Assembly (NCBI GenBank): GCA_004297205.1
Contig: SCUL01000002.1
Span: forward strand, 530,893 to 594,892
Direction: 5' to 3'
DNA length: 64,000 nucleotides
DNA from: Patescibacteria group bacterium
Lineage (GTDB): Bacteria > Patescibacteriota > Patescibacteriia > 2-12-FULL-57-11
This document shows, one piece after another, positions 19,737 through 28,761 of this stretch. Below the pieces are notes generated by a model. The model ran no database searches and had not been told where the DNA came from. It saw only the letters and a program-made list of their open reading frames with translations. Both the position numbers and the translations under genes were made by a program. Within the stretch, counting starts at the first letter, position 1. The number at the start of each line of letters is the position of its first letter.

Positions 19737-20171
19737 ATGCGCGCCTCTTTCCGCAGCATCGCCGCCGGAGCAGGTTTGGCTCTCGCGCTCTCGACCGCCG
19801 CGCTGCCCGCCTTTGCACAGGGACTCGGCGGCGCCCAGGGCGAACTGGAGAAAGCCGGAAAAAAAGCCTTCGGCGAACAGGTCGTCAATCGCCCGCTCGA
19901 AGTCGTGGCCGGCCAGATCATCAACGCGTTCCTGTCGCTCTTCGGCGTCCTGTTCCTGGCCCTGATGGTCTACGGCGGCTACCTCTGGATGAACGCCCGC
20001 GGCAACGAGCAGCAAGTGGAGAAAGCAAAAAGCCTGATTACCGCCGCGGTCATCGGGTTGGTCATCGCCTTAGCCGGCTACATCATCACGCGCTTCGTCG
20101 TGAGCGGCATCCTCACGGCAACAACCGGCGCGGGCGAAGCACCGGCTCCGGCCGAAGAATCCGCACCCTGA
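19737..20171 (+). CDS. T4SS_pilin-like protein
   Basis: MVYGGYLWMNARGNEQQVEKAKSLITAAVIGL. Confidence 0.9.
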   Translation: MRASFRSIAAGAGLALALSTAALPAFAQGLGGAQGELEKAGKKAFGEQVVNRPLEVVAGQIINAFLSLFGVLFLALMVYGGYLWMNARGNEQQVEKAKSLITAAVIGLVIALAGYIITRFVVSGILTATTGAGEAPAPAEESAP

Positions 20172-20172
20172 T

Positions 20173-20556
20173 ATGCACCGCTTCTTCACCGCCGCCGCCT
20201 CGGCCATATTCGGCATTGCCGCGCCGACGGTCGTCTTTGCGGCCAGCGCCCTGGAACGGCTGGACAAGGCCGCCAATGAAGCATTTCCCGGCCAGCGCGA
20301 GCGCCAGGCCCCGGAAGTCGCCGGTCAGGTCATCAACTTCTTCATCGGCGTCCTCGGCATCCTGTTCCTCGTGCTCATGGTCTACGGCGGCTACCTCTGG
20401 ATGAACGCCCGCGGCAACGAGCAGCAGGTGGATAAAGCCAAGAGCCTCATCACCCAGGCAGTGCTCGGACTGATCATCGTCCTCGCCGGCTACGCCATCA
20501 CCTACTTCGTTGTCACCAACCTCGTGAACGCCACCGGCGGCGTCACCACGCCCTGA
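20173..20556 (+). CDS. T4SS_pilin-like protein
   Basis: MVYGGYLWMNARGNEQQVDKAKSLITQAVLGL. Confidence 0.9.
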   Translation: MHRFFTAAASAIFGIAAPTVVFAASALERLDKAANEAFPGQRERQAPEVAGQVINFFIGVLGILFLVLMVYGGYLWMNARGNEQQVDKAKSLITQAVLGLIIVLAGYAITYFVVTNLVNATGGVTTP

Positions 20557-20559
20557 CCT

Positions 20560-20961
20560 ATGACGCGCCTCCGCACCTACGCCCGCCGATTCGCTGCCGC
20601 CGCGCCTCTCGCTGCCGCCTCGTTCTTTCTGACGGCCAACGCCATGGCCGCGTCGGGGCTCATCAACAACCTGCAGGACACGGGCGAAGCCGGATTCGGC
20701 GTCCGGGAACCGCGCTCGCTGCCGGTCACCGTCGGACGCATCATCAACGTCTTTCTCGGCATCCTCGGCATCTTCGCCGTGGTCCTCATCATCTACGCCG
20801 GCTACCTCTGGATGAACGCCCGCGGCAACGAGCAGCAGGTGGAGAAGGCCCGCAGCATCCTGACGCAGGCCGTGATCGGATTGATCATCATCCTGGCCAG
20901 CTACTCGATCGCCGGCTTCGTCGTCCGGAACCTCGTGAACGCCACGACCGGCACCCGCTAG
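20560..20961 (+). CDS. T4SS_pilin-like protein
   Basis: IIYAGYLWMNARGNEQQVEKARSILTQAVIGL; terminator AAAAGCCCCC-TTGC-GGGGGCTTTTT follows. Confidence 0.9.
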   Translation: MTRLRTYARRFAAAAPLAAASFFLTANAMAASGLINNLQDTGEAGFGVREPRSLPVTVGRIINVFLGILGIFAVVLIIYAGYLWMNARGNEQQVEKARSILTQAVIGLIIILASYSIAGFVVRNLVNATTGTR

Positions 20962-21070
20962 TGAAACCAAAAGCCCCCTTGCGGGGGCTTTTTTGATAAA
21001 AAAATACACGCGCCACGGAGGAGAACCTTTTGGGTCCATCACTCCGTGACGCGCTTGCGCCGTTGTGGCG

Positions 21071-21991
21071 CTAGGGTGCTCCGCACCTCCTGCCGCCGAG
21101 CTCGTCCCAGCGGAGACTGAGAAGGTCGCCGCCGGGACCACTCGGATCGAAGTCGAAACTGCCTCCGGCGAGCCGCATGGGAGTCATCCCGAGCGGCGCG
21201 TCGTAGATCGTCACTACGACGTTGTGATGTCCCGGACCGACCGGAATGTAGGTGTAGGAGCCGGACAGCCTGTCGCGCCCCGGAGGGAGCAAGTAGGCCG
21301 TGCTGCGCACGCCATGGCTGTCGATCACGGGGATCGCAGGCCAGGCGCTGCCCATCTCGACAGGGATCACCACGCGGCCGTCCACTCGGACTTCCGCGGC
21401 GATGGTGAAGTGCGCGACACCGCCGCTCCCGAGACAGAACAGCCCGTTCCAGAGCCGCAGGCCGCGTCGAGACGACCAGGGCACCGGACGCCGGTGGAGG
21501 AAGCCCGGGAGCGACGTGACGAGCGGCATGCCGCCCGACATGCTCGCCGCAGCCTCCCCGATGTAGGGCAGCCGCGGCGTCGTCGGCTCTACCGGCACCA
21601 CCGTGGGCGGCTCTGCGACGCGCTCCTCGCGGAGCGCCCGCAGATCCTCCTCGAGCAACCGAAGCCGCTCGAGCAGGGCCGCACGCTCGGCATCCGCGAC
21701 GACCGCTTCCGCACGCTCGGCCGCGTCGTCGAGCGTCACGGCGGCGGGCGGTGACACGGGCGCCACCACCGGCGCGGCGGCGACCGTCTCCTCCGCGAGA
21801 CCGCGAAGGATCCGGATGCGCCGCTCGCTGGCGTCGGCGAGCGCCTCCTCGCCGCAGGCCCGGAGGCCCGCGACGGTCGCCTCGGTGGGCAGATCGACCA
21901 CGGGCGGACAGGGCGGCCGCTCGGCCTCCTGCGCCAGCACCGTGACCGGGACGAAGAGCGCGAGCGCGCAGACGACGATCGTCCGGCTCAT
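21071..21991 (-). CDS. secreted hypothetical protein (coiled coil + beta-rich C-terminal domain)
   Basis: GGAGG RBS, ATGA coupling with the upstream gene, signal peptide MSRTIVVCALALFVPVTVLA. Confidence 0.65.
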   Translation of the reverse strand: MSRTIVVCALALFVPVTVLAQEAERPPCPPVVDLPTEATVAGLRACGEEALADASERRIRILRGLAEETVAAAPVVAPVSPPAAVTLDDAAERAEAVVADAERAALLERLRLLEEDLRALREERVAEPPTVVPVEPTTPRLPYIGEAAASMSGGMPLVTSLPGFLHRRPVPWSSRRGLRLWNGLFCLGSGGVAHFTIAAEVRVDGRVVIPVEMGSAWPAIPVIDSHGVRSTAYLLPPGRDRLSGSYTYIPVGPGHHNVVVTIYDAPLGMTPMRLAGGSFDFDPSGPGGDLLSLRWDELGGRRCGAP

Positions 21992-22596
21992 CGCGCACCT
22001 CCGTCCGTCGTTCCCTCGACCGTGTAGCCGTGGAACATGTCCACGGCCTCGCCGGTGGCCCGCTCGAGACGCTCGACGCGCCGCGAGAGGTCGGCCGAAC
22101 CGACCGCGCCGTAGCCCCCGACCGTGTCGGCGTAGGCCGAGGTCGGCCCCGTGTCGAACATCGGGAAGTAGTACCCGGGTCCGCCGACACCCCCGCCGCC
22201 GAAGTACGAGCCGAAGCTCGGGTCCTCGGAGAGCAGCGTCTGCAGCAGCCACGGGTACCGCCCGATGCAGGTCGAGAGGTCGCGCTCGCGCCCGTCGTCC
22301 GCGCCGTGCATGCACGCCGCGAGCTCCGGGGTGAGCGCCTCGATCAGCAGCGCGTGCGCGCGGCTGATGCCGGCGCGTGCCGTGATGCGGCCCGCCTCGG
22401 CCTCGGCCACCACGGTGGTGGCGCGAACCGAGCCGGCGGCCAGGATCGTCGACGACGGGGGCTCGGTGGAGCTCCCGCGGATCGACGCCCCGTGTCCGTC
22501 GTAGGACACGGGGTGCGAGAGGGAGATCCCTCCCGCGCAGCCCGCTCCCAGAAGGACGAGGGCCAGGATTCCACAGAAACAGTTGAGCTCGCGCAT
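21988..22596 (-). CDS. hypothetical lipoprotein
   Basis: AGGAGAG RBS; MRELN...LVLLGAGC lipobox. Confidence 0.7.
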   Translation of the reverse strand: MRELNCFCGILALVLLGAGCAGGISLSHPVSYDGHGASIRGSSTEPPSSTILAAGSVRATTVVAEAEAGRITARAGISRAHALLIEALTPELAACMHGADDGRERDLSTCIGRYPWLLQTLLSEDPSFGSYFGGGGVGGPGYYFPMFDTGPTSAYADTVGGYGAVGSADLSRRVERLERATGEAVDMFHGYTVEGTTDGGAR

Positions 22597-22730
22597 CGTC
22601 GTTCTCTCCTTGGGAGCGGGTTTACGTGCCTCCCAGCACGGTGCCTTCCAGCACATCCCGGCCGATTTCATGATAAACAGGCCAAAATGTGCTGGAAAAC
22701 ACGACTTGGGATTCAAAGAACGAACGGCTG

Positions 22731-22759
22731 AATATACCAGAAAAAGGCCTTTTTGTCAA
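22731..22759 (-). promoter_or_regulatory. sigma70 promoter
   Basis: Reverse strand TTGACA-17bp-TATATT with TG extension. Confidence 0.8.
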
Positions 22760-22847
22760 CCCCCACTTTAACACGGGCAAAAAGAAGCGGGTGCCTCGGT
22801 GAGCCCTTGTGGGACCCAACCGAGACACCCGTTCGCGACCGGGCGCG

Positions 22848-24464
22848 TTACCGCCCGTAGTCGCTGTACGCAACCCGCCACGACTCGCTCTGGCAGGCCC
22901 CCACCGCGTCGCGGTAGGCCTCCCAGCCGCTGCGGCCGGCAGCGTCGGGACACTCGTCCCCGTGCTCCGCGAAGTAGGCCCGGATGCGGCCTTCCTCCGC
23001 GCGTGCCGGCGCCCAGGGGTCGCTCCGCCGCGGTGGCGGGGGCGACTCTCTGGAGGCCGACGTGGCCGGCGGCGGATCGCTGCGCGGGGGTTCCGCGCTG
23101 CGCTCCATCGCGGCGATGCGGGTGCGGCAGATCCCGCCCACCTCGTCCCATCGCGCATGCGCCACGATGGCGATGCCGGCGATGAGACTCACGGTCGTGA
23201 GCCAGCCGATGACGTTCCCGGTTCGCGGGAAGTACCGTCGAAGGCCCCACAGCACGCCCCAGATGAGCCAGAGAACCAGAACGAACAGGAATCCGAACGG
23301 GTTCGTCTGACAGAGCGTCTGGTTCGTCGGCCAGATGAGATGCGCAATGAAGACCAGGGTAGCAATGGTGCTCGCCACGGCGAGGAGGAAGATCCAGGCG
23401 TTCGCCAGGATCCAACCACCGCCGTCTCCACCGCCGTCGCCGCGCCCGACCGTTCCGGACGCCGCGATGCCGGGAATGCCCGCCTTTGCGCCGAGGCGCG
23501 CCTCACCCTCCGGCGGCTCTCTCAGGAGTCGCACGATCACCGAGATGACGGCGACGTGGAACCCGATGAAGCCGAGGAGGAGGAGCGCGCCGACCACGAC
23601 GCCGAGGACGTCTCCGCTGTGCGGCCACTGGGCCGCCACGGCGTGCTGCGTCAGCAGATCGGTGTGCGCCGGCACGTACCAGGTGATCCAGTTGTGGAAC
23701 AGCCGGTACCAGACGTTCGCCAGCAGCCCGTCGAGACCGACGGGCGCGGGCACCGCCATGGTGCTACCGCTCACGCCGCCGGCGAGCACCCTCCACCACT
23801 GGCCGAACACGGCCCGGAAGAGGATGGTCGCCACACCCCCGAAGATGTAGTGCAGCATGACCCCCGCGAGGAAGTCGAAGCCGAGCCCTACCTTTCGGCC
23901 GCGCTGGCGAAGCCAGAACGCCGCGGCAAGCATGCCGACGCCGACCATGCCGAGAACGGCGAGGGTCAGCACGTGCGGGAAGGGCACCATCCATGCCCCC
24001 ATCGTGAGCACCCAGGCCGGCAGGCAGAACGCCCGCTTGCCCAGCGTCATGATGGCCGCGCTGTTGAACAGCCGGATGTTGCCCTCTCCGTCCCGGACCT
24101 TGGGGTCCTGGACGCGAGCGAGCTGCCCACCCTCCCGGAGCACCTCCGCGATCTCTCCTGCAGGGATCTGCAGGAGGTCGACGCCGATGCGCAGCCGGAC
24201 CACGTAGATCCAGATGAGCGCGGCGAGGAGAAGCGCGGGCGGGAAGGCGGCGGCGAGGCCGAGAAGGGCGAGGAGCCACGACTCGACGAAGGCGCTGCAG
24301 ACCATCAGCCCCATGCCACCCGCGAAGGCGAGCACGAGGAGCGGGATGATCAGCAGTGACCACGCCCGGATGAAGGTCAGAATCGCCACGAAGGGCGACC
24401 AGACCAGGGCGAGGGCGGCCGTGTAGCCGTTCCACGCCTGCAGAGCTACGGTTCTCCAGTTCAT
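22848..24464 (-). CDS. orphan multi-pass membrane protein
   Basis: GAGGAGG RBS; about 10 hydrophobic segments; C-terminal Cys-containing soluble tail. Confidence 0.7.
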   Translation of the reverse strand: MNWRTVALQAWNGYTAALALVWSPFVAILTFIRAWSLLIIPLLVLAFAGGMGLMVCSAFVESWLLALLGLAAAFPPALLLAALIWIYVVRLRIGVDLLQIPAGEIAEVLREGGQLARVQDPKVRDGEGNIRLFNSAAIMTLGKRAFCLPAWVLTMGAWMVPFPHVLTLAVLGMVGVGMLAAAFWLRQRGRKVGLGFDFLAGVMLHYIFGGVATILFRAVFGQWWRVLAGGVSGSTMAVPAPVGLDGLLANVWYRLFHNWITWYVPAHTDLLTQHAVAAQWPHSGDVLGVVVGALLLLGFIGFHVAVISVIVRLLREPPEGEARLGAKAGIPGIAASGTVGRGDGGGDGGGWILANAWIFLLAVASTIATLVFIAHLIWPTNQTLCQTNPFGFLFVLVLWLIWGVLWGLRRYFPRTGNVIGWLTTVSLIAGIAIVAHARWDEVGGICRTRIAAMERSAEPPRSDPPPATSASRESPPPPRRSDPWAPARAEEGRIRAYFAEHGDECPDAAGRSGWEAYRDAVGACQSESWRVAYSDYGR

Positions 24465-24474
24465 CTCTTCCTCC

Positions 24475-25989
24475 TCAGATCTTCAGGTTCCGAATGCCGT
24501 TGGTGATGTCGCCCGTGACCGTCCCGGCGATGTCCGCGCCGAGCTGGCTGAGCATCTTGCCGGTACGACCCGCGAAGGCCGCCACCGAGCGCGATGCGCC
24601 AGCGTCCTTGATGAGCTGCATCCGCTGCTTGAGCAGGTCGAGCGTGAGCTCGCCCTTGCGCTCCGGGATCGCCATCAGGCGCGCCCAGAAGTCGTCCCAG
24701 GTCAGCGCCGGCACCGAAGCCGTCGCCGCCGGATGCATCCGCTCGAGCGTCGTCAGACGACCCTCGAAGATCGGCTTGGTGAGCGCGACCGTCCGCTTGG
24801 GAAGCGACAGGACGCGCTGCTTGATGACAGCCAGGGTGAGCGGCGCGCCGCCGGCGGGCGGGGCGATGAGCCCCTGCGCCTGCGTGACGGTCGCGACCCG
24901 CGACTCTGCCTCGGCGATGAGCGCCGCGGCCTCGCCCGGAGCCACCGTCACGGCGGTTGCCGTGAACGTGCTCCAGGTCACGCTCGCGGCGACGACCGCC
25001 GGCAGACCCCCTGCGTCCGCCGGAGCGGAGAACAGGTAGACCATGCGGTCGGCGTGGCCGGCGTGCGGCGCGAGCCGCCGCAGGGTGTCCGTGAAGTCGT
25101 CCGGATCCGCGTACTCGACGCGGAGCCAGTCGACCTGGGCGGCGATCTGCGTGAAGGCGACCGCCGGAACGGCGGGCGCCGCCACGGCCGGCAGCGGTGC
25201 CAGCAGGCCGGTGAGCTGCCCGTCGCGCGTGATGCGCTTGCGCAGCTCCTCGTAGGCCGCCGGACGCTTGGTCGCCTCGCAGTTGGTCTCGACGAACTTC
25301 ACGACCTCGAGTCGGGCGTTGTTCCCGGCGAGATCCGTGTCGAACGGCGGGGGCGGCAGCGGCGTCGCACTCAGGGTCACCCCTTCGTGCGCGTAGTTGA
25401 GGTGCTGGTGGATGTCCGCCTGCACCTCCGCCGCGAGCTGTCTCTCCGTCGGGTCCAGTGACCTGAGGCCGCTGTCGAGCAGAGCGCCGATCTCCGGGTG
25501 CTTGTTGAGCACTTCGGAGGGCGACATCTCGCGCGGGCCGGCCGGAGCCGCCGGAGCGGTGCCCGCGGCCGGAGCCGCCGGGCCGGTGACGCCCTTGCCG
25601 TCCTGTTCCTCGCGGAGGCGGCGGGTGAAGCCCTCCGCGAACTCGCTGGACCAGGCACGCGGACGCTCGTGGTCGGTCCACTTCATCGCGACGAAGTTGG
25701 CCGCGGCCGGACCGACGTACTCGAGGATGCTCGCGGGCGCGACCAACAGGAGGGCGCGCGCCGCGGGCATCTTCAGGAAGTGCTCCGCGAACCGCACGCC
25801 GAGCTTGTCGGCCTGCTTGTTGACCGCCGAATCGGCGAGAACCTCGCCGAAGGTGTCGGTCGGACTGATGTCCAGCACCGCGTTGAGCAGGGCCTTGCCC
25901 CGCCCCACCTGCCGCCTGAGCGGGTCGGCGTTGTCGTCGTCCCCGCCCTTCCTACCGCCGCCCTTGCGGGCACCTCGATCGTCTGCCAT
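24475..25989 (-). CDS. orphan Ala/Pro-rich hypothetical protein
   Basis: GGAGG RBS; 504-aa ORF with coding-like composition; no recognisable motif. Confidence 0.7.
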   Translation of the reverse strand: MADDRGARKGGGRKGGDDDNADPLRRQVGRGKALLNAVLDISPTDTFGEVLADSAVNKQADKLGVRFAEHFLKMPAARALLLVAPASILEYVGPAAANFVAMKWTDHERPRAWSSEFAEGFTRRLREEQDGKGVTGPAAPAAGTAPAAPAGPREMSPSEVLNKHPEIGALLDSGLRSLDPTERQLAAEVQADIHQHLNYAHEGVTLSATPLPPPPFDTDLAGNNARLEVVKFVETNCEATKRPAAYEELRKRITRDGQLTGLLAPLPAVAAPAVPAVAFTQIAAQVDWLRVEYADPDDFTDTLRRLAPHAGHADRMVYLFSAPADAGGLPAVVAASVTWSTFTATAVTVAPGEAAALIAEAESRVATVTQAQGLIAPPAGGAPLTLAVIKQRVLSLPKRTVALTKPIFEGRLTTLERMHPAATASVPALTWDDFWARLMAIPERKGELTLDLLKQRMQLIKDAGASRSVAAFAGRTGKMLSQLGADIAGTVTGDITNGIRNLKI

Positions 25990-26103
25990 GGGCAGTTCCT
26001 CCGTGTTCTTTTGGTTTGTGGGTTAAGTTATCAACGAGCGACACTAAGCGTCGGTCAGATGACCCAAGCCATGTACACGGAGGTCCGCGCACAATGACGA
26101 GCC

Positions 26104-26132
26104 ACCATACCAAAAAAAGCCGATTTTGTCAA
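26104..26132 (-). promoter_or_regulatory. sigma70 promoter
   Basis: Reverse strand TTGACA-17bp-TATGGT with TG extension. Confidence 0.7.
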
Positions 26133-26175
26133 CCGTCATCTGAACACCCGTTCAACCCCATGTTACAATCCCGCC

Positions 26176-28071
26176 ATGCCCAAAAACCCCAAAATCATAC
26201 TTGCCTCCGGTGCCGCCGTTTTTGTCGTCCTGGTCATGGCCTTGGCCGGCTGGAAATGGGCCCACGGCGCCTACAACGGCATTGATTTGGCGTATTTCTC
26301 CCAGGCCGTCTGGAACACGGCACATCTGCGGCCGTTCGCCTTCACCATCCACCCCGGGCTCACCCTCGGCGACCACGCCGAGTGGGTCCTCGTCCTCTTG
26401 GCGCTTCCCTACGCCGTACTGCCCCACCCCTTGCTGCTTGTCTTCATCCAAGCCGGGGCGCTGGCCGCCGGGGCGCTGGCCGTGCATCGAATAGCGGCGC
26501 GCCCACTCCCGTCCGGCTGGGCGCTTGGCGCGGCGCTGGGGTATTTGTTCCTGCCGACCATCGGCGGCGCGGCGTTGTTTGAATTCCACGCTTTGGCGCT
26601 GGCCGTACCGTTGCTGCTTTTTGCTGCCGACGCCTTTCTTGAAAAACGTTTCTTCCGGTTCCTGATCTTCCTCGCGGCGGCGCTGCTCGTCCGCGAAGAC
26701 GTGGCCCTGGTCGCGGCCATGTTCGGCATCATCGCGGCAATGGAACGCCGGCCGCTGCGCTGGATCCTGGCCCCGCTCGTGCTCTCCGCCGGCTGGTTCG
26801 TGGCGATGCTGCTCGTCATCAAGCAATTCTCGGTCGGCGGCGGTTTCAAGTTCTTCGCCTACTACGGTTGGCTGTGGCCGTTCGACCTCGGCGTCTTCGT
26901 CCGACATCTCCTGCGCCTGACGCAGCTCGAATTCCTGCTGGCGCTGCTCATGCCCGTCCTCTTCTTGCCGCTGCTGCGGCCGAAGTGGCTGCTGCTCTCG
27001 TTGCCGGGCTGGCTGCTGCTGGCACTCTCCTCCTCCGGCGCCGGTGCGGGATTGCTTGGCACGCATTACGCGCTCTTACTGATCCCGGGCTTCGTGCTGG
27101 CGACGCTCGACGGGCTCGCATGGGCACGGCAAGCCGTGCCCCTACAGCGAATATTGCCTGGGACGCATCGTGAACGCGTGATCGCGCTCGTACTTGCCAC
27201 GGCCGTCATCTTCTCTGCGGTCGCGCTCGGACCGTTCGTGCGCGGCGCCGTGATCGTCGCGACAAGCCCGAAGAACGCGGCTCTCCCGCAGGCGCTGGCC
27301 CTGGTCCCGCCCGAGGCTTCGGTCGCGGCGAGCGCGCGTTTCCTGCCGCATCTCGCGCAGCGCAGCGAGTTGTACGCGCTCCATTATCTCATGCTCGGCA
27401 CGACGCAATTCGCCGAAGCGCCATATGACGTGCCCGCGCCGGAATTCTTGCTGTATGACGAGTCGGACCTCCTGGCTTGGCACGCCAACTTCCCGACGCT
27501 CGGTTGGACGCGCGACCGCTATCGCCCCGGCTTTGCCCGGCTGCGCGCGCTCATCGACCGTGGCGGCTACGGCGTCGTCTTCCGCGACGGCGGCATGACC
27601 CTCTGGCAGCGCGGCGCGCCACGCCCGCAGCTCACGGGCGCACCTGAAGGAAAACGGGAAGGAGCGCCGGGCATCCGCATCGTGGCGCTGCGAGAGCCGT
27701 CCTTCTGTCCGGGACGCGCCGGCATCTGTCCCCTCTTGGTGTTCACCTCGGACGACGTACGCGGCGACGACCTTCTCCTGCGCTTCTACGAAAACAAAAC
27801 GGCGCCGCGGCTCATGACCTTCGGCGTCGTTCCGACCTTCTCGTGGGCGGCGAACATTCCGATCACCGTTCCTGTCACCGTGCTGTCACCGGACGTCTCC
27901 GGCCCTGTTTCTTTGGAACTTGTTTCCGCGGAAGGTGATTTGATACTGGACCCGTTGGGCACGGCCGCCGTCTCCTGGCGCGAGGTGCGCGCGCAGGGTC
28001 CAGCCGTCACGTTCACCCCTTCGCAGCTGCCCGCGCCTTCCGCCGCGCCCGCTCCCGACGCAAATCCATGA
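26176..28071 (+). CDS. DUF2079 family membrane protein (GT-C-like)
   Basis: DLAYFSQAVWN, LGDH, FEFH, LLVRED, HY, PPEASVAAS...PHLAQR. Confidence 0.85.
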   Translation: MPKNPKIILASGAAVFVVLVMALAGWKWAHGAYNGIDLAYFSQAVWNTAHLRPFAFTIHPGLTLGDHAEWVLVLLALPYAVLPHPLLLVFIQAGALAAGALAVHRIAARPLPSGWALGAALGYLFLPTIGGAALFEFHALALAVPLLLFAADAFLEKRFFRFLIFLAAALLVREDVALVAAMFGIIAAMERRPLRWILAPLVLSAGWFVAMLLVIKQFSVGGGFKFFAYYGWLWPFDLGVFVRHLLRLTQLEFLLALLMPVLFLPLLRPKWLLLSLPGWLLLALSSSGAGAGLLGTHYALLLIPGFVLATLDGLAWARQAVPLQRILPGTHRERVIALVLATAVIFSAVALGPFVRGAVIVATSPKNAALPQALALVPPEASVAASARFLPHLAQRSELYALHYLMLGTTQFAEAPYDVPAPEFLLYDESDLLAWHANFPTLGWTRDRYRPGFARLRALIDRGGYGVVFRDGGMTLWQRGAPRPQLTGAPEGKREGAPGIRIVALREPSFCPGRAGICPLLVFTSDDVRGDDLLLRFYENKTAPRLMTFGVVPTFSWAANIPITVPVTVLSPDVSGPVSLELVSAEGDLILDPLGTAAVSWREVRAQGPAVTFTPSQLPAPSAAPAPDANP

Positions 28072-28759
28072 GGTAGTCGCGGATGGTGCGATACAGATTG
28101 ACCGTGCTCTTGCGCCGCTTGTCGCGCGCTTCGACCCAGGACACCGGAATTTCCGCCAGCCGCATGCCGGATTCTTCCGCGGCGAGCAGCAACTGCGTGT
28201 CGAAGAACCAGCCCGGGTGGTCGACCCGGGTTTTCAGTTTCTCCCAGGCCTCGCGCCGCACCGCCTTGAAGCCGCATTGCGCGTCGCGCGCCTTGAGTCC
28301 GGTCGTGAGCCGGGCCAGCAGGTTATAGCCGCGGGAGGTGATTTCCCGCAGCAACGAACGGTCGATTTCCGACATCGGCGCGAACCGCGAGCCGTAGGCC
28401 AGGTCGGCGCCGCGGCTGATTTCGCCAAGCAGGTGCAGGAGCGCCATCAGGTCCACGGAGAGATCGGCGTCCATGTAACAGAGCGTGTCCTCGGACGCCT
28501 CGTTCCAGGCGCGCTGCAGTGCCCGGCCGCGGCCGGACGCGTCCAGATGGAACCAGCGGATGCGCGGGTCCGCCGCGAGTGCAGCGGCAACGGCGGGTGT
28601 CGCGTCCGTCGAACCGTTGTCGGCGATGCAGATGCTCCAGCGGCCGAACGTCGGCATGCCTTCCAGAAAACGGACAAGCAGACGCACATTCTGCTCAAGG
28701 ACGAGCGCTTCGTTCTTGGTGGGCAAGACGATCAAAAACGAGCGGGCGGGCGCGGACAT
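28013..28759 (-). CDS. GT2 family polyprenol-phosphate glycosyltransferase
   Basis: PTKNE, ADNGSTD, GRGRA, YMDADLS, DAQCGFKA, WFFDTQLL. Confidence 0.9.
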   Translation of the reverse strand: MSAPARSFLIVLPTKNEALVLEQNVRLLVRFLEGMPTFGRWSICIADNGSTDATPAVAAALAADPRIRWFHLDASGRGRALQRAWNEASEDTLCYMDADLSVDLMALLHLLGEISRGADLAYGSRFAPMSEIDRSLLREITSRGYNLLARLTTGLKARDAQCGFKAVRREAWEKLKTRVDHPGWFFDTQLLLAAEESGMRLAEIPVSWVEARDKRRKSTVNLYRTIRDYLMDLRRERARRKARAAAKG

Positions 28760-28761
28760 AA

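Noticed and set aside
19304-20961. CRISPR array or DGR template/variable repeat among the pilin repeats
   Set aside because: Repeats are in-frame coding cores ~410-435 nt apart; no cas or reverse transcriptase gene; no adenine-specific mismatch pattern.
21040-26135. Prophage or integrative element
   Set aside because: No integrase, transposase, phage structural genes or att repeats seen.
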